DNA of 63,612 nucleotides, counting the filler, from Reticulomyxa filosa (taxonomy: Eukaryota; Protista; Foraminifera), in the NCBI GenBank assembly GCA_000512085.1. It is 23 parts of 23 records of this genome, joined end to end, with 100 filler letters (N's around TTAATTAATTAA, not from the genome) between each part and the next. Parts side by side here need not be neighbours in the genome. Positions count along the whole stretch, not along the records: positions 13,647 to 16,299 come from ASPP01036642.1; positions 16,400 to 18,450 come from ASPP01028463.1; positions 18,551 to 19,836 come from ASPP01004061.1; positions 19,937 to 25,524 come from ASPP01003622.1; positions 25,625 to 27,029 come from ASPP01011851.1; 18 more parts are not named here. One strand, given 5' to 3'. The notes under the pieces are model-generated. The model saw only the letters and a list, made by a program, of their open reading frames with translations. It did not search any database and was not told the DNA's origin. A program made the translations under genes and the position numbers. Shown here piece after piece: positions 14,672 to 27,017 of the stretch. Position 1 is the stretch's first letter, and every line of letters starts with the position of its first letter.

Positions 14672-14750
14672 TTAGGATCAGAGGATGAAAGAGTTAGTGT
14701 ATGGGATGTTGAAACTAACAAGCAAATTCAATCATTCAATGGAAATTCAG
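14672..14750 (+). pseudogene. Isolated WD40 repeat fragment
   Basis: Translates as LGSEDERVSVWDVETNKQIQSFNGNS with no continuing ORF. Confidence 0.6.
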
Positions 14751-15773
14751 TATTTTTGTTTACTAACAACATATCATTTTTGGTTTATTTGATTTCTTTT
14801 GAGCGAATTGAATGAAATACATTTGAGCAATAGTATTTAATTAAGAAAAGACATAATACACAAATTTCACGAACAAAAATCAATAACAAAAAATAGTGAC
14901 TTCTGGATAATATCATTTTCTCAGAATAAAACTCATCGTCGTTGCTCGAATAATGAAGTAATTGTTTGACATCTGGTTTTCCAGCAATTGTTTGCTTGCT
15001 GGTAAAAGATATTTGTAGGAGAAATGAGAGAATATCTAGTTATTGGATGTCAAATCGTGCATAGTGTTGCCTGATAGAACTGCACAACGTTGCATATCGT
15101 AACATTTTGTAGGAAGTGATGACAAATCATTCCACTATTGATGTCTTTTTACTTTTCAATCTTCAATCAGCCAATTGTTTCCGTTGGTCATTTAGCCATC
15201 TTTTTTTCTTGATACTACCCAAATCTATTACATCTTTCCTTGCATTTTTTTCATTTTTTGAAAATTAAACGATACTGATTTTTTGAAAAGTTGTCAAAAT
15301 TAACAAATAAAACAGGTACTTTATATTAAAAAACTGGAGTCATCTAGGTTTTCGCCTGTCAAATGTAAAATTTTTGACAGTTTTTAAATCTATTGGCCGT
15401 AGCATCAATTACCATAAATGAAATGCTTTTCAAAATAAAAAATGTCCAATCCTTTTCGACGATAGTTGGAACAAGTTGATGCTTGCATTGACTCGTCTTT
15501 GTTTTATCCTTTTTTTCCCTTGTATGTAGTTTAGTCTCAGTGTGAGGTTGGACAAGAAATAAAATAACATTAACTGGTTCTTGTTATTGGTGCGATTATA
15601 TTGTTCGATGTTACAAAGGGATTGTGATAAAATATTACAAAACTTGTTTGTTTTGGCATAGCTTTATTCATACAAGCACACAAATATATCAAAAGAGGTT
15701 TGAGAAGAAATTAAAGAGAAGTGTCATCCAAGGAATTTAAACAAATTTAGTGCTTCATAAAAAAAAACCAAAA

Positions 15774-16299
15774 TTAAAGAGAAGACAAGGAAGGAATAAC
15801 TTGACAATGAAACACATCGGTATCAAAACAAAATTGAACAAATTCATCATCAATCCCTTCACTTTGAATAAGTTTGGGAAATTTAGATTGATAAAATTGA
15901 CGAAATTGGACTCGTTCAGCTGAATTAAGATATAACCGAAAATATATTTGATTGGATTCATCACGACAACAAGATGCCCTACTTTGACTTGTAGAAATGT
16001 TTGCTTTTGCAACAAGAGCTTGTTTAAATGCTATTCCATTATATACTTCATCAAATTCAGCTTTCAATTGCTTTGAAAGGATTTTCATCAATTCTGAAGG
16101 ACGAATATCACTTGGTTTCAAGATTGCATTGGAATTTCTTTTTTCGAACACAAAACTCTTGTATTCTTGATCTCTAAACCATTCATAAATTACATTACCT
16201 AAACGAATTCGATATCCAACATTATGACTTCTCAAATAACAATTTTGTGCGTCTGTTTGAATTGGACGATATGGCCAATCTTTCACAATTGATAATACA
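15774..16299 (-). CDS. Hypothetical protein exon (5' truncated), member of a repeated family
   Basis: 170-aa protein-like ORF. The motif FRQFYQSKFPK has a decayed paralog at about 52120-52160. Confidence 0.5.
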
Positions 16300-16619
16300 N
16301 NNNNNNNNNNNNNNNNNNNNNNNNNNNNNNNNNNNNNNNNNNNTTAATTAATTAANNNNNNNNNNNNNNNNNNNNNNNNNNNNNNNNNNNNNNNNNNNNG
16401 GAAAAAATGAAGATAAAGGCGGGAGTTGGGGGAAAAAAAGAGATTAAAAGGGTTGGGGAAAAAATTTTATTTAAGAAAAGAAAAAAGATGTTGAAATAAA
16501 AATAAAAAAATTAAAAAATAACAATGTGGAAAAAGAAAATGAAAAAAAAAAGATAAAAGAAAGATAAAAATAAAAAAAGAAGAAAAAGAGAAAAAAATTA
16601 GAAGAAAAAGTGTAGAAGA

Positions 16620-18420
16620 GCAAAGCAACAGCAGCAAACATTTCGTGGCGCCGGCAGATATCTAGTGAAGCCGACATTTGTGGAAATTAGCGCCAATTTT
16701 ATTTGATGAAAAGAGCAATCGATTAGTATAGACTGGTCTCTGATGTCGTATACATAACTTTGTTTTTAGTTTGGTAGTGATAGTGATAATCTCGTGACTC
16801 AGTTTGCCGAATAATCGTCAAGATCTTTATTTTATTGTCCAGTGATCAATATGTCCGGCAGATTTTTGAATTGTTTATGGGAATTGTTATTTACATCTTT
16901 AACGCGCAAAGTCGCCACTCGCGGGCGTGGCTAACTTCCCATCTCAAGCTCCAGTGAAAAACGAAAAACGATTGTGGAGATGTATATATTTGCAGCCCGA
17001 AGAATCCGAAGAATTTGCTCGCGATCAACGCCAACACGCAAGTCTCTGCAAATAATTATCGACTTGAATATCGCCAAAGAGTGTGCCGAACTACTGTCTG
17101 CCGGCGCCAAAAAACAATGGTACTCAATTGTTATGAGCACAAAAAAACATATATATAAATTATTTGTATGCGTGCGCACATTCGCAAATATAGAGCTTGG
17201 ATGGTGCATATGCCGATAGAAGCACAAACACGCCCAAGAATGAAAAAAAAAATGAATGATAATCACTTCGTTAGATCACAAATTGAAACGTTGGATACAC
17301 TGGAAATACCCGCGCAAACTTTGTCTCTCATTACAAGTGTGATTTTTTCAAGTGCAAACTCCATCAGGTCAATCCCGGACAATAGAGATTTAGCCGCCGA
17401 ATGACAAAAGCAAGCCTACCAAGAAGAAAAAAAAAGATGTCGTAATACGCGCAAGGTGGAGACTATACCAACATAATAGTGTCGCGACGGGCAGAGAAAA
17501 AGTTGAAAGCGAAGAAGTTGTTAAAAAATATCCATTTATGACGAGCAAGAAAACCACCACATAAGAAGAATCGTTCCATGAAAGTGGTCCAATTTAGTGG
17601 AGGAGTTGTGCGAAACTCCGTCGACACATCGGCAAACAAGAAGAAAAAGATAATGAAGATAAGAGAATATTTTTAATTTAGAAAACTCGTCTGCCAGATT
17701 TGCTGAGTTTGGTTATTGGTTCTTCACGATCGCGAGTGGAGATTTTGCGTTTCCAGACGTGCGTCGACTGCAATTTATTGGCTCCAAAACAAAGTTGTTA
17801 TAGAAATAGTACCAACTGTTCGTGTCAAAACAGGTCGTGTGCGTGCGCACAGTCGCAAGTTTGGATTTCGAATATTGAGTGTGCTGCTAATGTGAGGAGT
17901 GAGCTTGCGAGTGACATACATATTGCTTGTCTGTGACTATAGAAAGAGAAAGAAAGCTAGTTGTATTTTCTGGCTCCATCACTGTGAAAGTCTCGTGCCT
18001 TGCGTTATTCGGCAAAGATGATCGGCGCTTGTTCGACAGTCCACTATATCGACTATGGATTACGAATGATGTGTCGGATGCAACGCAATACTTTGTATTC
18101 ATTGCATTACCCCCAGTGCTTGGAGAAAAACGAATTGTACCCTCCTTCCATCATTGAAAATATTATTGAATGGACAATCATGGCGATGGGCGCAGAAATT
18201 TCTAATAGTGGCCTTGATCCAACACAAATCTATGTGTCCCTCATCATAATGGCGGCAATAGTGAACGAACATCATATTTTGAAAATATCCATCATATGAT
18301 GGCATTGGACTAGTTGAAAAAAATGGTCCCAGTTCAAGTCTTCTTCTTGGTAGGCTTGCTTTCGTTCGTAGTTAGACAGCACCAACATCCAGAAAAAAAA
18401 CATGAAAATACCGCGAAATA
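16620..18420 (-). mobile_element. Decayed tyrosine-recombinase element (DIRS/Crypton-like)
   Basis: Minus-strand frameshifted FFTGA*DGKLAT / LRVKDV (YR box I, TGARxxELxxL, with CGA>TGA), then ITIPINNSK and AGAT/EMFAA (box II-like). A 22-bp inverted repeat is at 17407-17428 / 18341-18362, and GC is elevated. Confidence 0.5.
17407..18362. repeat. 22-bp perfect inverted repeat pair (AAAGCAAGCCTACCAAGAAGAA)
   Basis: 17407-17428 is the exact reverse complement of 18341-18362. Confidence 0.9.
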
Positions 18421-19193
18421 AAAAAAAAAGACGATATCGGCATTACGGTANNNNNNNNNNNNNNNNNNNNNNNNNNNNNNNNNNNNNNNNNNNNTTAATT
18501 AATTAANNNNNNNNNNNNNNNNNNNNNNNNNNNNNNNNNNNNNNNNNNNNTGACAAGACTATCTTTTCCATTGTCAATCACCAAAGAGACATTGTGTTAA
18601 TTTAGGTGTTCAAATATTTGATCTTCGCAATAAATATGATGTATAAAATTTGTTTCAAGACGATTTATCGATGAACGGCAGACTGGAAAGACAGAAATAA
18701 TTGAAAAAATAAAACAAAGCAGAAGGAGTCTTTAAACAATGTATACATTTCAGCAACAAAAAAAAAGGCAACAAAATATGAACTCCAATTTTTGCAAATA
18801 TCAAATCAAACAAAAAACCGATCTATGTACTAGTAAATAAAATTGTTTTGGATACAAAAACAACTTTTTCTTTCTTGCAAACACACGGTAAACTCAGTAT
18901 TTTATTTATAATCAAAAACAGCATATTTGCGCATTGCTCTGCTCATTTCAGCAACAATTTTGTGCTGGAAAAGAGATAGGACTATGCATTTCTTTGGCTA
19001 TTTTATTTTGTATTAATTAATATAATATTGGCATATCATATAGAAAAAAAGAAAATAGAGAGTATATATAACACATTACTTAACATTCAAATCTCAACAC
19101 TTTGAAAAAAACGAATATTGACATTAATCAACGATTGACATAAGGCATTGTTCACTATTTACAGTTGATATAAATAGTTGAACATTGCTTGCT

Positions 19194-19834
19194 TCACTTG
19201 TATATACGCTTACTAAAGATACGAACATGTAATACTCTCTTATGATGATTTGTAGATTCCTTGAACATATCAAATCTCACAAAGTGTATACAACTGTGAA
19301 ATGTATTGCACGTCCATATCTTTTGTTGTTTTGTTAATACCACACAATATTTCTTCAGCAAGGATTGGAGCTCCATTTCTGTTTTGACCTTTGCAGAAGC
19401 TTCAATGTTTCAACCAATAAGTTATTTCAATTCGACCCAATTGATGGACTATTCCTGCATTTGAGTGACTACAAACACACAGGGACATCACTGGAAAAGG
19501 TGTAGCTTGACTACAAAGAAACAGAAGGAGAGGTATCCGAGCTTGATCTGAAGGAGGGGGATTTGTATTAACAGATAGTTGTGGCTTCAAGACAATTATG
19601 AATAAGGACAATGGCATTGGAAAGGGATGGAGTATAGTCATGTAAAAAGTGATCCGTCTGTGATATGTTAGCAAACGCATCATTGGAGTCATCAGCAAAT
19701 CGATACAAATAATTCACGTCATTGAAATCAATTTTTCCAACGATCGGCAATTTGCAGTATGTTTGATTTTTTTTGGATGTTGCGGGATTTACTTCTGTTT
19801 CTTCCAAGACGATGTAACGGCAGTCCAAACTCAA
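19194..19834 (-). pseudogene. Frameshifted hypothetical gene fragment
   Basis: Overlapping protein-like ORFs in successive frames (19568-19834, 19402-19698, 19194-19376). Confidence 0.35.
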
Positions 19835-19936
19835 GCNNNNNNNNNNNNNNNNNNNNNNNNNNNNNNNNNNNNNNNNNNNNTTAATTAATTAANNNNNNNN
19901 NNNNNNNNNNNNNNNNNNNNNNNNNNNNNNNNNNNN

Positions 19937-19970
<34 letters not shown>

Positions 19971-21237
19971 GCCGCCGTCACAATCACAGTCAAGACAACA
20001 AAAGCGACGACTACGAAAGCGGGGACGGTGGCGGCAGTTCAAGCCGTAATGGTCAAATGCGCATTAAAAATCTCAATAGCAATGATAGCGAAAGAGGAAA
20101 CAAAGGACCTGGTCAAGGTAATGATTTCTTCTTTGTTCCCGTTATCCAGGATGAAAAAAGAATGTCATGGATTAAAAATGCAAGAATAATTATTATACAT
20201 ACATATATTTTGAATATGCTGTATGTCATTTATGTGTATGTGTGTTTCTTGGATTGACTCTCTATGTCTTGATTCGCACATGCCAAAATCAAATCGAATA
20301 AATGGAATAACGGCAAAAAGAAATAGAGGCTGGCAGTGAAGAGGAGAAAATGCACGAAATAGAGCAATACCTTAGTAATGCAAATAACAGCATGTCGACA
20401 GACAAGAACAAGAACGAATCGACACAAGCAAAGCCGAATGTCCAGAAGCAACAATACAAAGCGCAACAGCAGCCACAGCAAGAGCGACAGCGGAAACAAC
20501 AACAACAGCCACAAGAACAAGAACTAGAATTAGAACAAGAACAAGAACAACAAGAAAAAGAGGAAATTGAAACGGTTGAAGAGTCATGGAACTTGAACGA
20601 CGACTACGAGGAGGAGTACGATAACGCCGATGAGGCCGGGGCTCACAAAGAACAGTCAATGAGCCATCAAGAGGAAGTAAAAAAAAGGAGTGCTTCGAAG
20701 CAGAACTCACCTTTTTCAGACAAAGGCGAGGCGGGTGGAGTGGTATCTCCTTTGGACCAAACTGTGGACCCCCTAAAAGCCTCCACTGGCCAAAACTCTT
20801 CTTCGTCCGCGACTTTCGAATCGAATATGAGAGAGGACGGCGATGGTGGACGTACCGTCAAGTATGACTTGATTTATCTCACGTCTTCTCCTTTGGTCAT
20901 CAAAACACTCAACGGACTAAAACCTTTGGCGCAGTTGAACATCAAGGAGGAGTGCGATCGTCTGTTTGACACTTTGAAGAGCTGCGGTCTGAGGATAAGC
21001 GTTAAGCACGTGGTAGCCACTGCTGGTGCCATGATCACCGCCTTTGTAAGCGGCTGTCGAGTCATGCACTACAGTGGCCATGGCATGCCTCAGTCTTTGG
21101 TCTTTGAAAACCCAAAGAATCTCGGTTTCGATCATTCTGTCAGTTGTGACTTGATTGGACGTGCTTGCAGAGATGCCAAGTATGGTCCCGAGCTTGTTGT
21201 TGCAAGTGCATGTCACAGTGAGGTTGTAGGTAAGTTG

Positions 21238-21274
<37 letters not shown>

Positions 21275-23456
21275 GGGGTAAGGAAAGTCCAAAAAGGAGA
21301 AGGTCAAATTATCCATAACATGTTCACAATTTTTTTTTTGAAATTTAGGAAAGGCCTTTGTGGAAGCAGGTATAAAACACGTGATCGCAGTGAAAACCGA
21401 GTTTGAGCTGAATGACGACGCGGCCAGTGAATTCACGAACCATTTTTATCACAGCTTGCTGACCGGCAACACGATATTGGATGCATTCAAGCACGCGAAG
21501 AACGCAGTGACAGGGATGCCCGGAGTGGGAAAGCAAGACGAAAAAAAGTTTGTGTTGCTCCCCATCGACCCGAATGATCGAATTCATAATGTGAAGCTGT
21601 TCCGTCCCGGCGGTCTGCCCAAAGGAGACCTGATCGATGACAGTACTCCACTGCCGCCCAACAACTTGCCTCCCCCAGTATCGAACTTTATGGGCAGGAA
21701 CGCTGACATGGTCAAACTGATCCAGCCCATTGTGGATAACGGAGTAAAAATGGTCGGACTTATGGGACCCGAAGGGGTAGGTAAATCCGCTCTGGCCATT
21801 ATGACGGCCAGATATTTATGTCATCGGTCTGCTTTCAAAGGTGGCGTGTTTTATGTCGACGTGGCCAAACTGATGCCCACGCACCCAACCTTGGAATCCA
21901 TGCTAATACATACCATGCAATTCAGCGAAAAATATCGCGACATTCCGGAAAACGAGTTCTTTGGCAAAATCCACAACTTTGATCGCCTGCTGCTTGTCTT
22001 TGATCACATTGACAAGTTTGGGGTCAAATCGGAGGAGGGCGATCTCAATCCCAGTGAGGACGAGGACGACACGGACGACAGTGGGATGGAAAGTGAAGAC
22101 GAGTTTGGACATTATCCTACGGAAGGGGGCATAAAGGGTGATCTGGCCGGGAGTGGTGGCAACAACAGTGGTAGTCGCATGTCGAAATCGCATGGCTCGC
22201 ATCGACGTATTCATCGTCGCAATGCGAAAAATAAAAGAAAGACGGAAATTTCCAAAAAAAATGCGCAAAAAACCAAAGACGCTATCAAACATTTTTTTAG
22301 TGCTGTCTTTGACTTGACTAGAAGTGAAATCAAAGTGCTGATCACGTCGACCACGAAACGACACGAGCTAAGCGAAATTCGTGGCGGGATGATGCGCTAT
22401 CACGTACTCCAGGAACTTTCCTCGGAAGATTCTGCAAAATTATTTGCACGCTTGGCCAATCAATTCCGATGGAAGGACATTCTCGCCAAACAGGATCTGA
22501 TGGCGTTGTTGGCAAACAACCCTGCCAAAATCCACAAAGTGGCTCAGTGCAAACACAACTTTGACTGCAATGACTTGGACAAAGTTATCAAAACGTACAC
22601 TGAAAAAGAAAAAATTCTTGCACGCAAATTTTTGAAAACTTCCGCTCTTGAACGCGGAGATAAACACAAAACTCATCCCAAACGAACCGGGCCCAAACGT
22701 GGAAATGACGAAAATAAAAGAAGGGCCCAGCAATTGCAAGCGCTCATGAACGAACATATCACCGACCCAAATGCGCGTAAATTATGGCTCGGCGCCAAAG
22801 GTTCAAAAACGGCAACATTCAAAGCGATGTTTGAACAGCTACGAAATAGCTTTGAGTTGGTCTCACCCTCACGTCCATTGAAAGAAGAAGATATCTTAGA
22901 GGTTTGTCAATCCTATATGGATCACAAAGGAAATTTAGTTATTGAGACCTTTGAAAAATTCTTCCGCTGGTTTGATGGAATATGTGATTTGGTTACTATC
23001 TTAAAAGATGTCTGGGTCGACACAAATCCTGTAAGGATACATGGCTTTATTGGTCGGGCAAACGCCGAAAAAAAATTACAAGTTCAGTACAGCGATGCTT
23101 CTTCCGTTCATAAAATTATAATGTTAATTTTTGCACAAATTTATATTCAAAATTATACACATAAACAAATATAAATAACTTATACAAATCCAAAGTCATC
23201 AAAACCTGGCACGTTTTTGATCCGTTTTAGCAACACTCAAACGTGCTCGATTGCAATCTCATACAGAGAGGAAGGTCCAATAGCGGTGAAACATGTTAGT
23301 GGGCAGCTGGTCAACCATAAAAAATTTTTGTTCAAAGGCGATCGAGAGGCTCACAGCTTGTCCCAAATTATCACTCGCTATGCCAAATTCACTCACTTGT
23401 ACTGTGAAACACAAGTCATACCAAAATCAGAAGTATTTTGGGGTGATGGAATTTAA
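19937..23456 (+). CDS. CHAT protease - STAND/NB-ARC NTPase - SH2 domain protein (multi-exon, 5' truncated)
   Basis: CHAT dyad MHYSGHG and VVASACHSE. Intron 21230-21348 joins in frame (EVVG/KAFVEAG). NNLPPPVSNFMGR precedes Walker A GPEGVGKS and Walker B LLLVFDHID. IHGFIGRANAEKKLQ is spliced (intron 23082-23195) to SSKPGTFLIRFS, the SH2 FLVR motif. Stop at 23456. Confidence 0.9.
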
Positions 23457-24309
23457 ATTTTTTTGTTTTTGTTCTTTTTCTTCTGAACGTTTTGCTTCAA
23501 TTGGATTTGTTTTGTTGGGATTTCTTGTTTATTTTTTTTTTTCTGTCTTTTTTTGTTGCTGTTTTGAAATTTTTTTAGAAAGACAAATTAGTGGCAGGGT
23601 TGTCGAGGACAAGAAAAACTACTGTGAACTTGTGTTGTTTCTTGTACTATTGGTATTTGGTGTTGTTTTTCTTTTTCCTCACTCCAGTTTACATTTAAAT
23701 TGCCATGATTAATCTTTGTTTTCACTATCTCCTTGTAATGTCTTTTGGTCAGTTTGTCTTGTGACTTTATATTTGAGTGTGATTATCACCTCAAAAATTT
23801 TATGATTTCCTCGTTTAGATTTTTTCTGGAACAAATAAGTCCAACGAAGTCAATTAGAGTGAAATTGTGTAGGGTGTCATTCTCCAAAAAATTGATAGTG
23901 CAACATTAGAACTTTCCAAAAATATAACAAATAATGAGCACTTGGCGGAAAAAATGATTAGAATAATATGTGGAAAGGCCAAAATATAATATTTTAATCC
24001 TTTCATTGTTTCACAAATTTTTCAAAAATTTGGAGTTGCAGTTCAAATGACTAAATAATAGGCATACAAAAGAAAAAAACTTTTGATGGATGCTCAATGA
24101 ACGGCAAAAAAAAAAGTGCATCACATACAAATCAAAATATGATACATCAAGAAATGAAAGAAAAAAAAGGTTTTTCTGAACAAAAATGAACAAACAATCG
24201 CTTGAAAAAGTGACATTATTCTTCTTCTTCTTTAACTTCAATTTTCCAAACGCTTGATAATATAGCTTTTGCTGCCTATGTTTGTATATTGTAAATTGTG
24301 ATCGTCTGT

Positions 24310-25463
24310 CTATTCTTGCTTTTTTTGTTTTGTACAAGTTACCTCGGTAATGGAACATGGACGAGTGGTGAATATATTGGCATCATTAAGAATAGCCCTA
24401 AAAATATCATGACAACGTAGTTCAGCAAGTTGTGAAATTTGGTCCGATCGACGAACATCTTGTAATATAGTTTGATCATAGCTCAATTTTCGACCAACGA
24501 ATACAACAATCAATACCAAATGTTCAATTTTGACTTTGATATTCAATCGTATTTCATTAAATTTCTCTTTGGCCTTGTGATCATCTTGAAAGGTCCAATT
24601 TGTGTTATGATTGGTGGTGGGTCCAATTTTGCTGATGATGAAATCATTTTGTTGCCGGAATATGGCATTTTGTAGTGTTTTAATAAATCGCATAGTTTTT
24701 TGAACTTTGATACCTAATGAAGGAGAGGACGGACTGTCGATTTTATTGAGGACATCACGTATGCCATAAAAATTTATTAATTCTTTTGTGACATTGGCAT
24801 CTCCTGATTGTTCTGCATTGATTTGACGGTCGAACAAGTCCACATCAACCAATGCTTGATAAAATAATTGGACAAACACAGTAAAAAATGCTTTTGCCTT
24901 AGAATTGCTCATTATGGCTTCCAAATTAATTAACTCATCCAATCGATTAACATAAGAGTTTACATTGACTTCTTTTAATTGTGCTTGGAGCGTTGACAAT
25001 TGTCGTTGGACCTTCGTCGCAAAATGTCTTCTCTCTCTTTCAATTTCGGTTGGATTGGCCTTATTTTTTTTATTTGTTCTTTAATTATTAAAACATATAT
25101 ATGTTTCTGGCTCTTTTTCTTTTAATGGCTCCAAGAGAGAGTAAAAAACTTACCACGGAGAGCCTTTTTTTGTCCCAAATCCAAAGCATCCGCAATTTCT
25201 ACATATTTATGCAAATCATAAATTTTGGCAAAAGTATTTTGACGAATTTTGGTGATTTCATGACGAACGCGGATGAGGTCAGCCTCCATTGTGTCAATCG
25301 ATGTTTGATAATCTTTAACAATAAGTTGTTGATGTTCGGAGAGGCTTTTCAATGATTTGAAAAACGTTTTCAAATCATTTGAAAATTCGTCATTGTGTGC
25401 CAACTCTTTCTTCAACTGTTTTTCATCGTTGCTATTATCACTTTGAAAAAAAAAACAAAACAT
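24310..25463 (-). CDS. Hypothetical coiled-coil protein (multi-exon, 5' truncated)
   Basis: Exons at about 25140-25445 and 24310-25060 give heptad-rich helical translations. The gene is convergent with the CHAT-STAND-SH2 gene. Confidence 0.6.
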
Positions 25464-25665
25464 AAATGTATTTCATTTACTTATTTCACATCGCCTAAAA
25501 AGGGGAAAAAAAAAAACAGAACAANNNNNNNNNNNNNNNNNNNNNNNNNNNNNNNNNNNNNNNNNNNNTTAATTAATTAANNNNNNNNNNNNNNNNNNNN
25601 NNNNNNNNNNNNNNNNNNNNNNNNAAAAAAAAAAAAAAAAAAGGAACTAAAAAAAAAAAAAAAAC

Positions 25666-25984
25666 TGTTATCGGGGATTTCTTGCTGTTGTTGTTGCTGC
25701 TGCTGCTGCTCGAACTGTTCGTCGGCCTCTACTTGCGCTGGCTCCGTGACCTTTGGCACAGCTTCGGGTCGCTTTGCTGGATCTTTTTCTGCGCGGTTAG
25801 AAATGCCGCGCCTTGGAAGATTGCTTTTGTTTTGTTGAGTATCGTCACTCCTCCATAGACTATTTGAAAATATCGTTTGGAAATTTCTTGAAACTACTGT
25901 CCAAGTTCCCAGATTATTCCCAAGAATATATCTATTTATTTTGGTAGCTTGCAATCCAAATGTGTACGCTGATTTGGACAACAT
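25666..25984 (-). CDS. Hypothetical protein, first exon (possible mitochondrial presequence)
   Basis: Basic/hydroxyl-rich N-terminus MLSKSAYTFGLQATKINR..., followed by poly-Q. Truncated. Confidence 0.4.
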
Positions 25985-26348
25985 CTCCTGCTTTTTGCGC
26001 AATCAATGATCAAAGGAGAAAGGGAGGAAAAAAAAAAAAATCTTGTAAAAACTAAACCAAGAATGTATTGGCTGTGCACTTACATTAAAACTGTGCTTCA
26101 GTGAAATAATCATTGATAGGCTGAAATGAAAGATGAAAGTGCAATAAATAACTAGAAAACGTGCCGTTCATAAAGTAATTGAAGCTCCAAGCTGTAAGTC
26201 AGAAACAGCTAAAAACAAATAGTTATCAATTCACGAAATAGTTAGACGGAAGGAGCAACCAAGCGTGTTGATGCAACGAAAATAGACGTTAAGGAGAATT
26301 AGTCTCTTGGAAAACCTCCATAGGTATTGTATTTATATATAATAAAAA

Positions 26349-26984
26349 ATGCAAAAATTTCCAGATTTGTCCCGACCGTCTCTGCTTGAAACAGAAGTAA
26401 TTGGTCCATTGAATGCAACACAAAAGCTGCATTGGCGACGTTTGGCGTTTCAAAAGCAAGGTCCAGCAGCGCGCAGTGGCCACGTGTCGCACACGTTGGA
26501 TGGTAAAATGATAATTTTCGGTGGTTATTCAAAACAGAATGTGTCCGACCATATTTTCTTAGTTGACATTGGTAACAAATACACCAACATACATATACAT
26601 GTATGTATATATTTTTTGAGTGGTGAAATTGGTGAATTGTATATTGAAATGGATATGCATAGATCATTTGCAATGCAATGACACATCGACAAGTGACAAG
26701 TTAGCAGCAACTCCAATATCCTCATTGGAGAAGGCGCACAAAATCTACCGTGTGGGACACAGCGCAGTGACATTGGATCATAACCACTCATTGTACATAT
26801 TCGGCGGTTGGAACGACCAAGAGTATTTGGACTTTGGGTTGCTTTTCAACCTAAGTACGTTGCGTTTGGTGGTGGAGCAAACAAAGAACCGGAAAAGGCC
26901 GCAGCCAAGAAGAGATCACACATTGGTTAAAATGGGGCCTTATCTGTTGCTTTTCGGCGGATGGTCTCATACTTATAATAATGG

Positions 26985-26985
<1 letters not shown>
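26349..26985 (+). CDS. Kelch-repeat protein (3' truncated)
   Basis: PAARSGHVS..MIIFGG, RVGHSAV..LYIFGGW and PRRDHTL..LLLFGGW, with an intron after 26571. Confidence 0.85.
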
Positions 26986-27017
<32 letters not shown>

